From positions 14,997-78,996 of the IMG/VR virus record IMGVR_UViG_3300028844_001691: a stretch of 64,000 bases of DNA; one strand, 5' to 3'. This document shows positions 38,086 through 47,501 of this stretch, piece after piece. The notes beneath the pieces were generated by a model. That model did not search any database, was not told the DNA's origin, and worked only from the letters and a program-made list of their open reading frames with translations. Origin of the DNA: a virus. The translations under genes and the position numbers were made by a program. Every line of letters starts with the position of its first letter. Position 1 is the first letter of the stretch.

Positions 38086-39272
38086 TATTCGTCACCCTCA
38101 AAGTTTTTTTGTCTTTCTTCTTTTACTGCAATATTAGTAGATATCGTTGGCGCTATTACTTCACCAGTTCTAAAATCTTCTAATGTCCGCATATTGGTAG
38201 CGGGCCAGGCTACTCGTTTACTACAAGTAGTTGAACATATTCTATAACGATCCTTAGGACCTAAGCCATGTTGTTTGGCTTCCCAACTATCTACTAAATC
38301 TTCTTTAAAGAATGGATGCTCCATTACTTCGTCCCAAGTGTGCTCATATAAGTTGTTAAAGTTTTTATCGTAGTTTAAGTCGATATGATCTCTTTGTTCG
38401 TCATTACGCATATACTTTGCACTAGTAAAATAACAACAAGGCCATAGTCTACCATCATAACTTAAATGATATTGTTTTAATTCTGTTCTCCAACGACAGT
38501 CAATTGGATCATTTGGTACTTCAGTACTATCAAGTACTTGATGATATCTTCTAATTTTTTTCATATCGCCTTTGTTCTTTAGTAAGTATTCATCTAAATT
38601 ATTTAACAAAGGACTTTTATTTTCTCTTACTTTAAATTTAGTAAATCCCATAGACTTTGCTAAAACTCTTGCTTCTAATAGTTGATGTTTGTTCCACGGA
38701 AACTCTAGCATTTGCCAACTAGCTCTGCCACCTGCATCAATAAATGCTTGTGCGTTTTCCATAATCTTATCCCAACGACAATTTTTACGATACAAATGAT
38801 TAGTATCTTCTAATCCGTCTATACTAAAGTGAACAGTATGGTCGCCTGGACCTCTGCCACGTGATAATAAAACTTCAGCAAACTCTTTTAAGTACTTAGG
38901 TGTACGCATACTTCCATTAGTGTGCATACCAATATAGATATCTGGTCTAATTGAAAGTAAGTGATCAGTTATGCCTATTAAGTCTTTATGTCCTAACGGA
39001 TCATCGATTGTACCAGTGTACTGTACTTCTTTAATATTAGTAGCACCAGTCATAATATTTGTTATTAATTCTTTAGTTGCATACTTAGGCTTTCCTAATC
39101 CGGGTCTATTCTTCATAGGCAAGTTTTCGATGTTAACATTAACACCTTCTGTTTGAAGCCTTTTCAATTCGTTAAAGTCAATAGTGTTACGTTGACAACT
39201 ACTGCATAATGCATTACATACATTACTCAGTTCAAACTGAATGCCGACTGGGTTTGGTAAGTATGCACCCAT
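38085..39272 (-). CDS. radical SAM enzyme with C-terminal SPASM-like domain (type A)
   Basis: CNALCSSCQR, HTNGS, FSIDGLEDTNHLYR, LWPCC...ICSTTC. Confidence 0.92.
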   Translation of the reverse strand: MGAYLPNPVGIQFELSNVCNALCSSCQRNTIDFNELKRLQTEGVNVNIENLPMKNRPGLGKPKYATKELITNIMTGATNIKEVQYTGTIDDPLGHKDLIGITDHLLSIRPDIYIGMHTNGSMRTPKYLKEFAEVLLSRGRGPGDHTVHFSIDGLEDTNHLYRKNCRWDKIMENAQAFIDAGGRASWQMLEFPWNKHQLLEARVLAKSMGFTKFKVRENKSPLLNNLDEYLLKNKGDMKKIRRYHQVLDSTEVPNDPIDCRWRTELKQYHLSYDGRLWPCCYFTSAKYMRNDEQRDHIDLNYDKNFNNLYEHTWDEVMEHPFFKEDLVDSWEAKQHGLGPKDRYRICSTTCSKRVAWPATNMRTLEDFRTGEVIAPTISTNIAVKEERQKNFEGDE

Positions 39273-40786
39273 TAACTACACACCTTTACACCATATGCTT
39301 GTTCAAATCTATCTGCATCTGCTCTATCATTAACCATAGGCTCGCCTCTAATATTTAAACTTGTATTAAGTAAGATAGGACAACCTGTTAGTACATACCA
39401 TTTTTCTAATAGTTCTCTAACTCCACTAGGAAAATATTCGTCTACTGTTTGTACACGACTTGTTCCATCAACGTGTATGATTGCAGGAAACTCGTCTGGC
39501 TTCTTACACTTTGCAACCACTTGCATATAAGGACTTGTTTGCATTTGTGGAGGCATTTCAAAATATTCATGAACGTGTTCTGCTAATATCATAGGAGCAA
39601 ATGGTCTAAACTTTTGTCTGCGTTTAATCTCATTTACTTTGTCTTTGATTTCTGCTCCTCGAGGATCTGCTAATAAACTTCTATTACCTAATGCACGTGG
39701 ACCAAACTCTGCTTTACCACTTGCAACTCCTACAATCTTATTCTTTTGTAGTTCATCAATTAAAGCATCTGTTGGATATGCACCTGGGATAGGTGTTCCT
39801 AAGAATGGAGTCTCCCAATTAAGTTTACTACCATAAGCCAATGCCGCGGCACCTAAGGCACTGCCACAGTCTCCTGGGTTAGGCATAATCCAAATGTCAT
39901 CAAAGAAATTACCAAGTCCTCTATTGTATAAACAGTTAAGAGCAACTCCTCCCATGTAAACTAAATTACGGCTTTTATTAAAACCTCTAGCTCTTGCCAT
40001 TACGTTATCAATAAGTTGTTCTACAACTGCTTGAGCACTTGCGGCGATATCATATTCGTTAACATCTTTTAAAAAATCTTTGTCTACACCAATGTGTAAG
40101 TTATCTTTAAATCTACCATCAGAGTCGTCGTGTAATAGTGCATCATAAATTTCTTTTTCGTGTGTAGGTTTACCCCAACCAGCCATACCCATCATAATAT
40201 ATTCTTCGTCTAATGGACGTAAGCCAAGTCGATGCGTTAATGCACTATAGTATAAACCAATACTGTGTGGATACTTCTGACTCCACAACTTTTTATATAC
40301 TGCATTCATCTTCTCATCGTATTCGGCGTGCCATATACTAATAGTTTCCCATTCGCCAATAGCATCGATAACAACAACAGTTGCATCATTAAATGGACTA
40401 GTCTGAAATCCAGCCGCCGCATGAGTGTGATGATGTCTATAAGTATGAAGCATCGAGTCAGGCAAATAGTTCTTGTTATCAAATGTGAATTGTTTATTAA
40501 GAGCACCTCTGGTAGTCCATGTACTACTGCGATCGCCAAACATTCCTTGTCCAGCATATAGTTCTCTAGTCTTTTTTAACCAAGGTGTTTCGTAAAATCC
40601 AATAGCATCAAACTTTCCATATCCTTCTTGATATGATAATGCTTGTTTAATTATTGGTTCACACAAATCTTTGTCATGTTTTTTCTTACTGTATCTTTCA
40701 CTATGTCCAGCAAAAACAATTTCGCCATCTTCAACAACAGCCAAACCTGCATCGTGAAATCCTGCACTTACTCCTAGTGTTAACAT
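39272..40786 (-). CDS. O-carbamoyltransferase (NodU/CmcH/TobZ family)
   Basis: FHDAG, HHHTHAAA, DAIGE, GGVALN, EFGPRALGNRS, FRPFAP, HVDGTSRVQ, LNTSLN; start at 40786. Confidence 0.95.
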   Translation of the reverse strand: MLTLGVSAGFHDAGLAVVEDGEIVFAGHSERYSKKKHDKDLCEPIIKQALSYQEGYGKFDAIGFYETPWLKKTRELYAGQGMFGDRSSTWTTRGALNKQFTFDNKNYLPDSMLHTYRHHHTHAAAGFQTSPFNDATVVVIDAIGEWETISIWHAEYDEKMNAVYKKLWSQKYPHSIGLYYSALTHRLGLRPLDEEYIMMGMAGWGKPTHEKEIYDALLHDDSDGRFKDNLHIGVDKDFLKDVNEYDIAASAQAVVEQLIDNVMARARGFNKSRNLVYMGGVALNCLYNRGLGNFFDDIWIMPNPGDCGSALGAAALAYGSKLNWETPFLGTPIPGAYPTDALIDELQKNKIVGVASGKAEFGPRALGNRSLLADPRGAEIKDKVNEIKRRQKFRPFAPMILAEHVHEYFEMPPQMQTSPYMQVVAKCKKPDEFPAIIHVDGTSRVQTVDEYFPSGVRELLEKWYVLTGCPILLNTSLNIRGEPMVNDRADADRFEQAYGVKVCS

Positions 40787-41790
40787 TAAGCTCGTCTCTC
40801 CAAGTCTAACGTGGCACAATGATGACCTCCACCTAGTGTACGACTATGTGTTAGTTGTACAGGTATAACTTCAAACTTTGCACGTTCTAATTTTTTAATT
40901 AATTTTGGTTGTCTAGGATCTACAATAACTGTTTTAGGATCTACACTTAAAACATTCATACCAATCCAATTACTTGCATAAGGATAATTATGAAACTCCA
41001 TATCCTCTACACTGTCTACCCAAATACGTTTATGCTTCTTTAAAAATTTCGGTAATTGTGAAGGTTTAACTCTTTGTTTGTTAATTAACAATGTCGATTC
41101 ATTCAACGCACATATTGTACTGTCGATGTGTGCATAAGCATAAACATCTTCCCATATGTGAACTGTATACTCAGACCCGAGTACTGTACTTAACCAAGCC
41201 GCTCCAGCCGAATTACCTGTTTGACTTTTTAAGTATAACAAGTCATTGCCAAAACGTAAAACGTTTGCGGCATCAAATATAGGAGTCTTTTCTGTAAGTT
41301 TACCATTTTCAAATACTTCGTGTACTGGTAATGCATGACGTGGAGCACTAATCCATTTAACACCAGACTTCATTGCTTCGTGTCTAATATCTCTATATGC
41401 TTCTGTTTCGTGAAACCTACTATGAAACAATACAGGAGTTTCAATTACTGTATTGCCTACTACAAGTATAACATCTCTTGGACAATAATTATAAAACCCA
41501 TCTGCAAAGTATCTATATCCATGTACTGTTTGTTGAAAGTCTAATTGTCTTGGACGTAAAACTTCGACGCCTAAATCTGTTAATACTTTTTCAAATTGTC
41601 GTAGTTCATGGTCTGTTAAATCTAATATGTCTTTACTAATTGGTCCAACTGGTTGTGCAGATTCAGTCCACTTGCTATGTTTAGCAACTTCATTAAAGAC
41701 ATCATCATACTTTGGAAATCTTGCACCGTGAACATCTCCTAATACAACTCTTTTTAATGGATCCCATTCATTGTGCGATTCAATAATCAT
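40786..41790 (-). CDS. amidinotransferase (glycine / inosamine-phosphate amidinotransferase family)
   Basis: NEWDPL, YCPRD, FDAAN, HIDST, GGGHHCATLD with catalytic Cys. Confidence 0.93.
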   Translation of the reverse strand: MIIESHNEWDPLKRVVLGDVHGARFPKYDDVFNEVAKHSKWTESAQPVGPISKDILDLTDHELRQFEKVLTDLGVEVLRPRQLDFQQTVHGYRYFADGFYNYCPRDVILVVGNTVIETPVLFHSRFHETEAYRDIRHEAMKSGVKWISAPRHALPVHEVFENGKLTEKTPIFDAANVLRFGNDLLYLKSQTGNSAGAAWLSTVLGSEYTVHIWEDVYAYAHIDSTICALNESTLLINKQRVKPSQLPKFLKKHKRIWVDSVEDMEFHNYPYASNWIGMNVLSVDPKTVIVDPRQPKLIKKLERAKFEVIPVQLTHSRTLGGGHHCATLDLERRA

Positions 41791-42485
41791 TTCGTGTTTC
41801 CTATTTTAAAACATTTTGTAATACTTGGATACTTCACGTGTTGTGGCATTTTTTCTTTATACTGATCCAACTTAACTATACCAACTGCCGATTGTTCTGG
41901 CGACAGATAGTAATGATATCCAATTTCTTCATATTGCTCTTTATCCCAAGGAGACACTTTTAGGTCTCTACCATCGTACCTAGAGCGAATAATCCAATCA
42001 TATGCTTCTCTATTATCTAATAGTATAGCACCGCCTTTGCCAATTGTCAATGGTTTTCCATTGCCAAAGCTCAAGCATTTGAACGTTTCTGCTTCATACA
42101 TATTACGTTGTAATCTTCTAGCACTGTCAAATATAGGTAATTGTCCTAATTTATATTCGCCAATCCATTTATCTTCATTGATATTAAAAGATAAATCTAA
42201 ACGTTTAAGCATCATAGGAATACTTAAATATGTTTGATCAGGTATATCAATATGTGGAACACGATTTGGGTGTTTTCTTTTATACCACCTTATACATAAT
42301 TCGATTGCGTGTGTGCAACAATCAGTTGTTATCACATATGGTGCTCCAGTATAATCAGCAAGACGTTTTTCAAATTCGCTTATAACATCATACGGATCAT
42401 TCCAACTAACACCATAATCTTTTAACATCTCTAGGATGTCAAGATTAATAATGTCCTGTAATTTGTAAGGTGTATCTTGGTTCAT
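41787..42485 (-). CDS. DegT/DnrJ/EryC1/StrS aminotransferase, short form
   Basis: FEKRLADY, DCCTHA, DSA, SFGNGKPL...GGAI. Confidence 0.85.
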   Translation of the reverse strand: MNQDTPYKLQDIINLDILEMLKDYGVSWNDPYDVISEFEKRLADYTGAPYVITTDCCTHAIELCIRWYKRKHPNRVPHIDIPDQTYLSIPMMLKRLDLSFNINEDKWIGEYKLGQLPIFDSARRLQRNMYEAETFKCLSFGNGKPLTIGKGGAILLDNREAYDWIIRSRYDGRDLKVSPWDKEQYEEIGYHYYLSPEQSAVGIVKLDQYKEKMPQHVKYPSITKCFKIGNTK

Positions 42486-42969
42486 AACCTATATTGCCTG
42501 CACTGTGTGGAACTCTTCCACGCCAAAGCACGGCTCCTCCTTTGTGCCAATTCATACTATATTGGTCTACTTCAAACATATGTCCTTGTTTTTTATCTTC
42601 TAAAAATACTAAACAACGTAACACATCATCACTACTTTCGATATGAAAGAGTTCTTTATATTTGTTATAGTGATCTGCGTGTGGTGGTAGTATGTCACCT
42701 GTTGTCATTTTATAGAATGTATAACCACAGTCTTTCCATTCTAAAATTTTTCCAATGTCTTTTGCCCATTGCGGAATTGCTGACTGATCATTAAACATCA
42801 TACCAGTAAAGTTATCATGTGTATGTCCAGCAGTTCTCCATTTTGCTAATTGCTCTAAGTCTCCGTAGGCAACTCGTTTATAATCAAAACTTTCAAAGTC
42901 TTTTGTTTCCCATACAGGATCAAGTTCCAGTGTATGATATTCTAAAGGACTAATCTCTTGTGTTGCCAT
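42445..42969 (-). CDS. 2OG-Fe(II) oxygenase-like protein
   Basis: LPPHAD...PHSAGN...RYTLQITG. Confidence 0.7.
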   Translation of the reverse strand: MATQEISPLEYHTLELDPVWETKDFESFDYKRVAYGDLEQLAKWRTAGHTHDNFTGMMFNDQSAIPQWAKDIGKILEWKDCGYTFYKMTTGDILPPHADHYNKYKELFHIESSDDVLRCLVFLEDKKQGHMFEVDQYSMNWHKGGAVLWRGRVPHSAGNIGYEPRYTLQITGHY

Positions 42970-44098
42970 AATGTATTACTTTCACTTTTGGATCTTTGGC
43001 TGTGTATGTACGCCATGGATCGAAAACTATTGTTGCACTGTCGACATTAAAGTTATGGTCAGTTGGGTGAGTTATAACCATAACTTCAACTGCATGGTCG
43101 AAACCATTAACAATCATTCCACCCAACTTTCCAATATAGTGTTGAACTAGTAATGCATAAGATCCATCAGTGTATGCTACTCCTGGCTTATATGTATCAC
43201 TCGTAAAGCAAATTTGCTTTCCATGTTTTAATATTTCTTTTGCCATACGTTCGGCTTGTACTTCTCTACTTTTGGCAATCGCGTCGAACAAGTCATATCC
43301 TAAGTCTAATCGTTCCGCTAAATGTCTTAGGGCAATATTATCTCTAGGGTGACAAGGTCCACCGTCGCCCATGCCTGCTTTCATATAAGCGGCACTGGTT
43401 ATTCGGTATCCTGCATTACTTAAACTATTTGTTACAACATCAACATTCATATTCCCAACACTTTGGGCAACGTCTTGAATCATATTAACTAGACTTAACC
43501 TTGCACTAATAAATGTGTTGTAAAATATTTTTGTTGCTTCTGCTTCTTCCCATGTACCAATATTATAATGCGGATCATTCTCCATTACTGTTTTGTAAAA
43601 TTTTACTAATGCTTTTGCATCAGTGTCGTTTGGTTTGTTGCCTCCAATGATAACCATATCTGGATTTACCATATCCCAAGCAACTGTACCCATAGCAATT
43701 AAGTATGGGTTATAAATTAATCTTGCTTTATCTAATAAGCCTGCGAATTCTCTTCTTGTTGTTCCTGGAAGTACTGTACTAATCAAAACAACAATAGTAT
43801 CTTCTGTTGCGTATTTGTTAATTTCTTTTAAACATTCTTTAACAGGATCTAAACCAAAGTCTTTGTTTGGTAAATGTGTTATAGGAGTTTCTCCACCATA
43901 GTCTTTATGGTGTGGAGTTTGTACTGCAACAAAGACAAAGTCCTGTCCTACTACTGCTTCTTTTGGTGTCTTAGACACTCGTACAAGCCCACTAAAGCGT
44001 TCTTCTTTGTCATACCCTGTAACTGTATGTCCTTTTTTAACTAGCATCTCAGAACTAATCATTCCAAGTTTTCCTAAACCAAACCAGCCTATTTTCAT
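42950..44098 (-). CDS. UDP-glucose/GDP-mannose dehydrogenase family
   Basis: GLGKLG, AVQTP, STVLPGT, GDGGPCHPRD, YKPG. Confidence 0.9.
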   Translation of the reverse strand: MKIGWFGLGKLGMISSEMLVKKGHTVTGYDKEERFSGLVRVSKTPKEAVVGQDFVFVAVQTPHHKDYGGETPITHLPNKDFGLDPVKECLKEINKYATEDTIVVLISTVLPGTTRREFAGLLDKARLIYNPYLIAMGTVAWDMVNPDMVIIGGNKPNDTDAKALVKFYKTVMENDPHYNIGTWEEAEATKIFYNTFISARLSLVNMIQDVAQSVGNMNVDVVTNSLSNAGYRITSAAYMKAGMGDGGPCHPRDNIALRHLAERLDLGYDLFDAIAKSREVQAERMAKEILKHGKQICFTSDTYKPGVAYTDGSYALLVQHYIGKLGGMIVNGFDHAVEVMVITHPTDHNFNVDSATIVFDPWRTYTAKDPKVKVIHYGNTRD

Positions 44099-45300
44099 AA
44101 TTCTAATACCTTTGTGATATGTTTTCTAATCTCACCTGTTCTAATTAAGTTGCGATTGTGTATAAGGATTGGTCTCATATGTTTCTTTATTGTTTCTAAT
44201 TCTTTATATGATTGATTACTAATGTCGATAATAATATCAAATACTTTATCCATTCTTTTAATAGGATCAACTTCCTCATCGTAACTTTCATCCCAAAACT
44301 CGTGGAATGTTTTTGCTCCCCAATGCTTTAACAAGTCTAAACTATGTACACCTGCTAACAATAATACAGGTGAACCTTGCTTCATAGGGTTTAATGTTTT
44401 TTCACTTATTTGTCCCCAGGGGTATTCGTAATTTGTTTCACATACCAGACTAGCAAACGAGTTCCAATAAGTATCTTCTAACGGATCAGAAGTAGTAATA
44501 TTATTTATGGCTCCTACTTGTGGGCTCATATAATCTTTCATGCTTACTACTTGACATTCAGTATCTTCTTTTGTTAACGGTAAATGAGTCATAAGGTCTT
44601 TACAACCTTTGCTATAAGATTCAAAATGTTTACTGTTGTTTAATGGAAATTTTAAAAGTACATCATCTGTTTTATGATAATGCGTAATAACACTGTCCTT
44701 TGGCATTGTGTTATATAAGAAACTAACAGCCGCGTGTCTATGCTGATCCCAGCGATATGTAAAACAGTTTATTTTATGATTAATTTCTTCTGGTAGACCA
44801 TTGCTAGGTTCTCTGTTATAATGACAAGCACCTAAACTAAAAGTGTCTAATGGGTAAATTGCCCAGTCGGAATACTTTGTGTTTTGTAATTGCTCTAACA
44901 TACGATACTCATTTGTAAATATTTTAAACTTACAGTTGTGTTTATTACACCAGTTTTGTATCATATCGAATTCATTGATGCTACAATCTTCTTGTATTAA
45001 CCCGTCTGGGCAACTATACCTGGAGTGATTTTGCCATACTGATAATACTTCGTACAAAAAGAAATATACTGTCGTATGGTCTACAAAGTTAATACTTGAA
45101 TCTGACCAAGATTCGAACCATTCACACGGACCGTCAAATATAAAATAAGGGGTTTTGATTTCTAAACTTTGGAGTGATTCTGCTGTTTTTCGAAATCTTC
45201 CACGTGTGTCACTAAATTTAGTGATGGTTGACGTTGCATCAACTACAGAGTGGTTTATTGCTTTGTTAATATTATTTATGTAAATTGAGTTAAATTGCAT
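44095..45300 (-). CDS. putative glycosyltransferase-like protein
   Basis: C-terminal LVCET...ISEKTLNP...G.KTF...DESYD, reminiscent of GT10-like donor-binding motifs. Confidence 0.5.
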   Translation of the reverse strand: MQFNSIYINNINKAINHSVVDATSTITKFSDTRGRFRKTAESLQSLEIKTPYFIFDGPCEWFESWSDSSINFVDHTTVYFFLYEVLSVWQNHSRYSCPDGLIQEDCSINEFDMIQNWCNKHNCKFKIFTNEYRMLEQLQNTKYSDWAIYPLDTFSLGACHYNREPSNGLPEEINHKINCFTYRWDQHRHAAVSFLYNTMPKDSVITHYHKTDDVLLKFPLNNSKHFESYSKGCKDLMTHLPLTKEDTECQVVSMKDYMSPQVGAINNITTSDPLEDTYWNSFASLVCETNYEYPWGQISEKTLNPMKQGSPVLLLAGVHSLDLLKHWGAKTFHEFWDESYDEEVDPIKRMDKVFDIIIDISNQSYKELETIKKHMRPILIHNRNLIRTGEIRKHITKVLEL

Positions 45301-46648
45301 CGAACCAAGCCATATATTCGGGAAAAACTTCGCTAAAAATGGTACTTCTACGTTTATCGAGCTCTTTAGTATATACTTTAAAGTTCTGCTTATGATTATT
45401 ACTATCTACTGTTTGTTGACTTCTCCAGTATTCAATAATACGTTCTAGTTTAGCAGTTTCACTATTATGCATTAACTCTACAATTTCCATCTGTTTCATA
45501 TACTCAACTGTATTAGTCATGTATTCTTCAAATGTTTTATCTAGTATTTTAACATCCATCATCTCAGGATATCTTAAAAAAGGTATGTCAATGTACATAC
45601 AATCTCTACCGTATTGTTTTCTTATTTCAACTAAATCTTTTAGGAAGTCTTTGAATGATGTTACACTTAATGCATTGTAGGTACACATGAATGTAACTAC
45701 AAACCTGTCTTCATTTTTAAATTCTTCTAATACACGTTTTACATTTTTTATAAACTTGTTATAATCTAAACCATTTCTAATATACTCTGCTTTATTACCA
45801 AATGCTTCTGCACTTGTGTAAACTTCTAGTTTACGAACTTTGCCACTTGCTAATACTTTCTTTGCTTGATTAATAAACTTATCGAATAGTTTGTCCTCAA
45901 CACAAAAGTTACTATTAATACCTAACAGTAAATCTTTATTTGGTTTATCTGTTTCAATGATCCAGTCCATCATTTTAAATGTGTTCTTGTTCATAAGTGG
46001 CTCGCCACCTGTAACACGGAACGTATGCAATGCTGGATACAACTCAGGCCACCATTCCCAAAATGCTTCTACATATGGATTGTGTTCTCTTTCTGGTATA
46101 GGCATTCTGCCTCTACGTTCTGTCCATGTTATGTCGTTGTAATTATCTGAAGTGCTAAAGCCTCCATGTTGTTTTACTTCTTGCATCCACGCACTACTAA
46201 TAGCAGGACTACAATACATACATTTAAAATTACAAGCATAACCAAAACTTACTTCTACATAACTTGGTTGAAAGTTTGTACTCCAATCATTATTTTTAAT
46301 TGTATCAAAGTGTTTGTTACTCCAACTAAATGCACTCTTTAAATGTCTGTCACTTAAAGCATTTGGATCTGCATCTTCAACTCTCCAACAGTAGTCACAT
46401 TCTTTAGGTCTACCACCTTCAAGCATTTCTTTACGTTGTTGTTTTTTATATATAGAGTTGTGTAATGAACTAGGGTCTAGTTTAATTTCGTCAACTGGTA
46501 CTTGGTGTACCGGTGGGTGATGACAACTATGTGCAGTTCCATTTTGTAAGTTAAGTGTAAGTTGTGTCCACTTTGCTAAACAGAATCCAGGACCTACTGC
46601 ATTCAGTTTGGCTTTCATTTCATGCGGATCTGTTCCGGTAAAACTCAT
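45290..46648 (-). CDS. N-terminal Twitch-domain radical SAM enzyme (type B)
   Basis: FCLAKW, SCHHP, CDYC, CNFKCMYC, TGGEPL, YIRNG. Confidence 0.93.
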   Translation of the reverse strand: MSFTGTDPHEMKAKLNAVGPGFCLAKWTQLTLNLQNGTAHSCHHPPVHQVPVDEIKLDPSSLHNSIYKKQQRKEMLEGGRPKECDYCWRVEDADPNALSDRHLKSAFSWSNKHFDTIKNNDWSTNFQPSYVEVSFGYACNFKCMYCSPAISSAWMQEVKQHGGFSTSDNYNDITWTERRGRMPIPEREHNPYVEAFWEWWPELYPALHTFRVTGGEPLMNKNTFKMMDWIIETDKPNKDLLLGINSNFCVEDKLFDKFINQAKKVLASGKVRKLEVYTSAEAFGNKAEYIRNGLDYNKFIKNVKRVLEEFKNEDRFVVTFMCTYNALSVTSFKDFLKDLVEIRKQYGRDCMYIDIPFLRYPEMMDVKILDKTFEEYMTNTVEYMKQMEIVELMHNSETAKLERIIEYWRSQQTVDSNNHKQNFKVYTKELDKRRSTIFSEVFPEYMAWFDAI

Positions 46649-47352
46649 TACGAATAATCTTCTTTAAGTATATCCCAAGTATCATAAGGCCCTTTGACTT
46701 GATGCCATTTATCTCCAGGGTTTGTCATTTTGTCTGCTAATGGTTTATCGTTTCCATTAATGTGAATTCTGTCTCCAAAGAATATCATTGGTGTTCCAAT
46801 AATATCATATACTTGTGCTTTGTTCTTTCCTTTTAGATGAATATCTATACTAGTGTTACCACCTAGTTCTGCTTCAAAGCCTGGGAAAGTTTCGTTAAAC
46901 ATTTCACAAATACTAACACGTTCATTATTTACTTTGTCCCATTCATAATAATCATCACGTTGTTGCCCTACGGCATTTCTTCCTACAGTACTAAAGTTTA
47001 TTAACCCTGTACGTTTTTCAATATGAAGTCCATACTTGTGTTTATATTTACTGAAGTCTACTTGTTGTTCTAACCATGTGTCCATATCTTCTGGAGCATT
47101 AAGGTTACTACTCGAAACTTCAATACCATTACGCCATACACTGTTACCTGCACATTGAAATACCATTGTACAGTTGTCTACGATCTCGTGTCCTATTTGT
47201 TCTATTGTTTTAGGTCTATCACTACCTGTAACAATAAAGACACTTTTGTTTTTCATCCAGTTTAAGAACCAGAGTCTAAAGTCAACAGGAATTACTTGCC
47301 TACTTTCAGACAAGGTTCCATCTACGTCAAATACATAATTTACACGGTCCAA
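46648..47352 (-). CDS. HAD-IIB phosphomannomutase-like enzyme
   Basis: FDVDGTL, VTGSD, RTGLINFS..GR, GG.TSIDI, FGDR...GND. Confidence 0.88.
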   Translation of the reverse strand: MDRVNYVFDVDGTLSESRQVIPVDFRLWFLNWMKNKSVFIVTGSDRPKTIEQIGHEIVDNCTMVFQCAGNSVWRNGIEVSSSNLNAPEDMDTWLEQQVDFSKYKHKYGLHIEKRTGLINFSTVGRNAVGQQRDDYYEWDKVNNERVSICEMFNETFPGFEAELGGNTSIDIHLKGKNKAQVYDIIGTPMIFFGDRIHINGNDKPLADKMTNPGDKWHQVKGPYDTWDILKEDYS

Positions 47353-47501
47353 CTTTTCAACTGCTCCTTTGTTGGTTTCATTGGTTCAAGTTTTTCTATC
47401 TTACCACCCTTCTCTAAAAACTTTTTCATTCGTTCATCTAGTTTTCTTTGAAGTTCAGCAGGTTCTGGTTTTGTATAATCTTTTTGTTTATTATCTATCA
47501 T
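47340..47501 (-). CDS. 53-aa SutA-like RNA-polymerase-binding mini-protein (not in ORF track)
   Basis: MIDNKQKDYTKPEPAELQRKLDERMKKFLEKGGKIEKLEPMKPTKEQLKSWTV; ATGA coupling; FLxxGGKI motif. Confidence 0.65.
   Translation of the reverse strand: MIDNKQKDYTKPEPAELQRKLDERMKKFLEKGGKIEKLEPMKPTKEQLKSWTV

Noticed and set aside
11212-46648. Known cofactor or 7-deazaguanine pathways (MoaA, PqqE, QueE, NrdG)
   Set aside because: Partner genes (moaC, pqqA-D, queC/queD/folE, dpdA, nrdD) are absent from the window.
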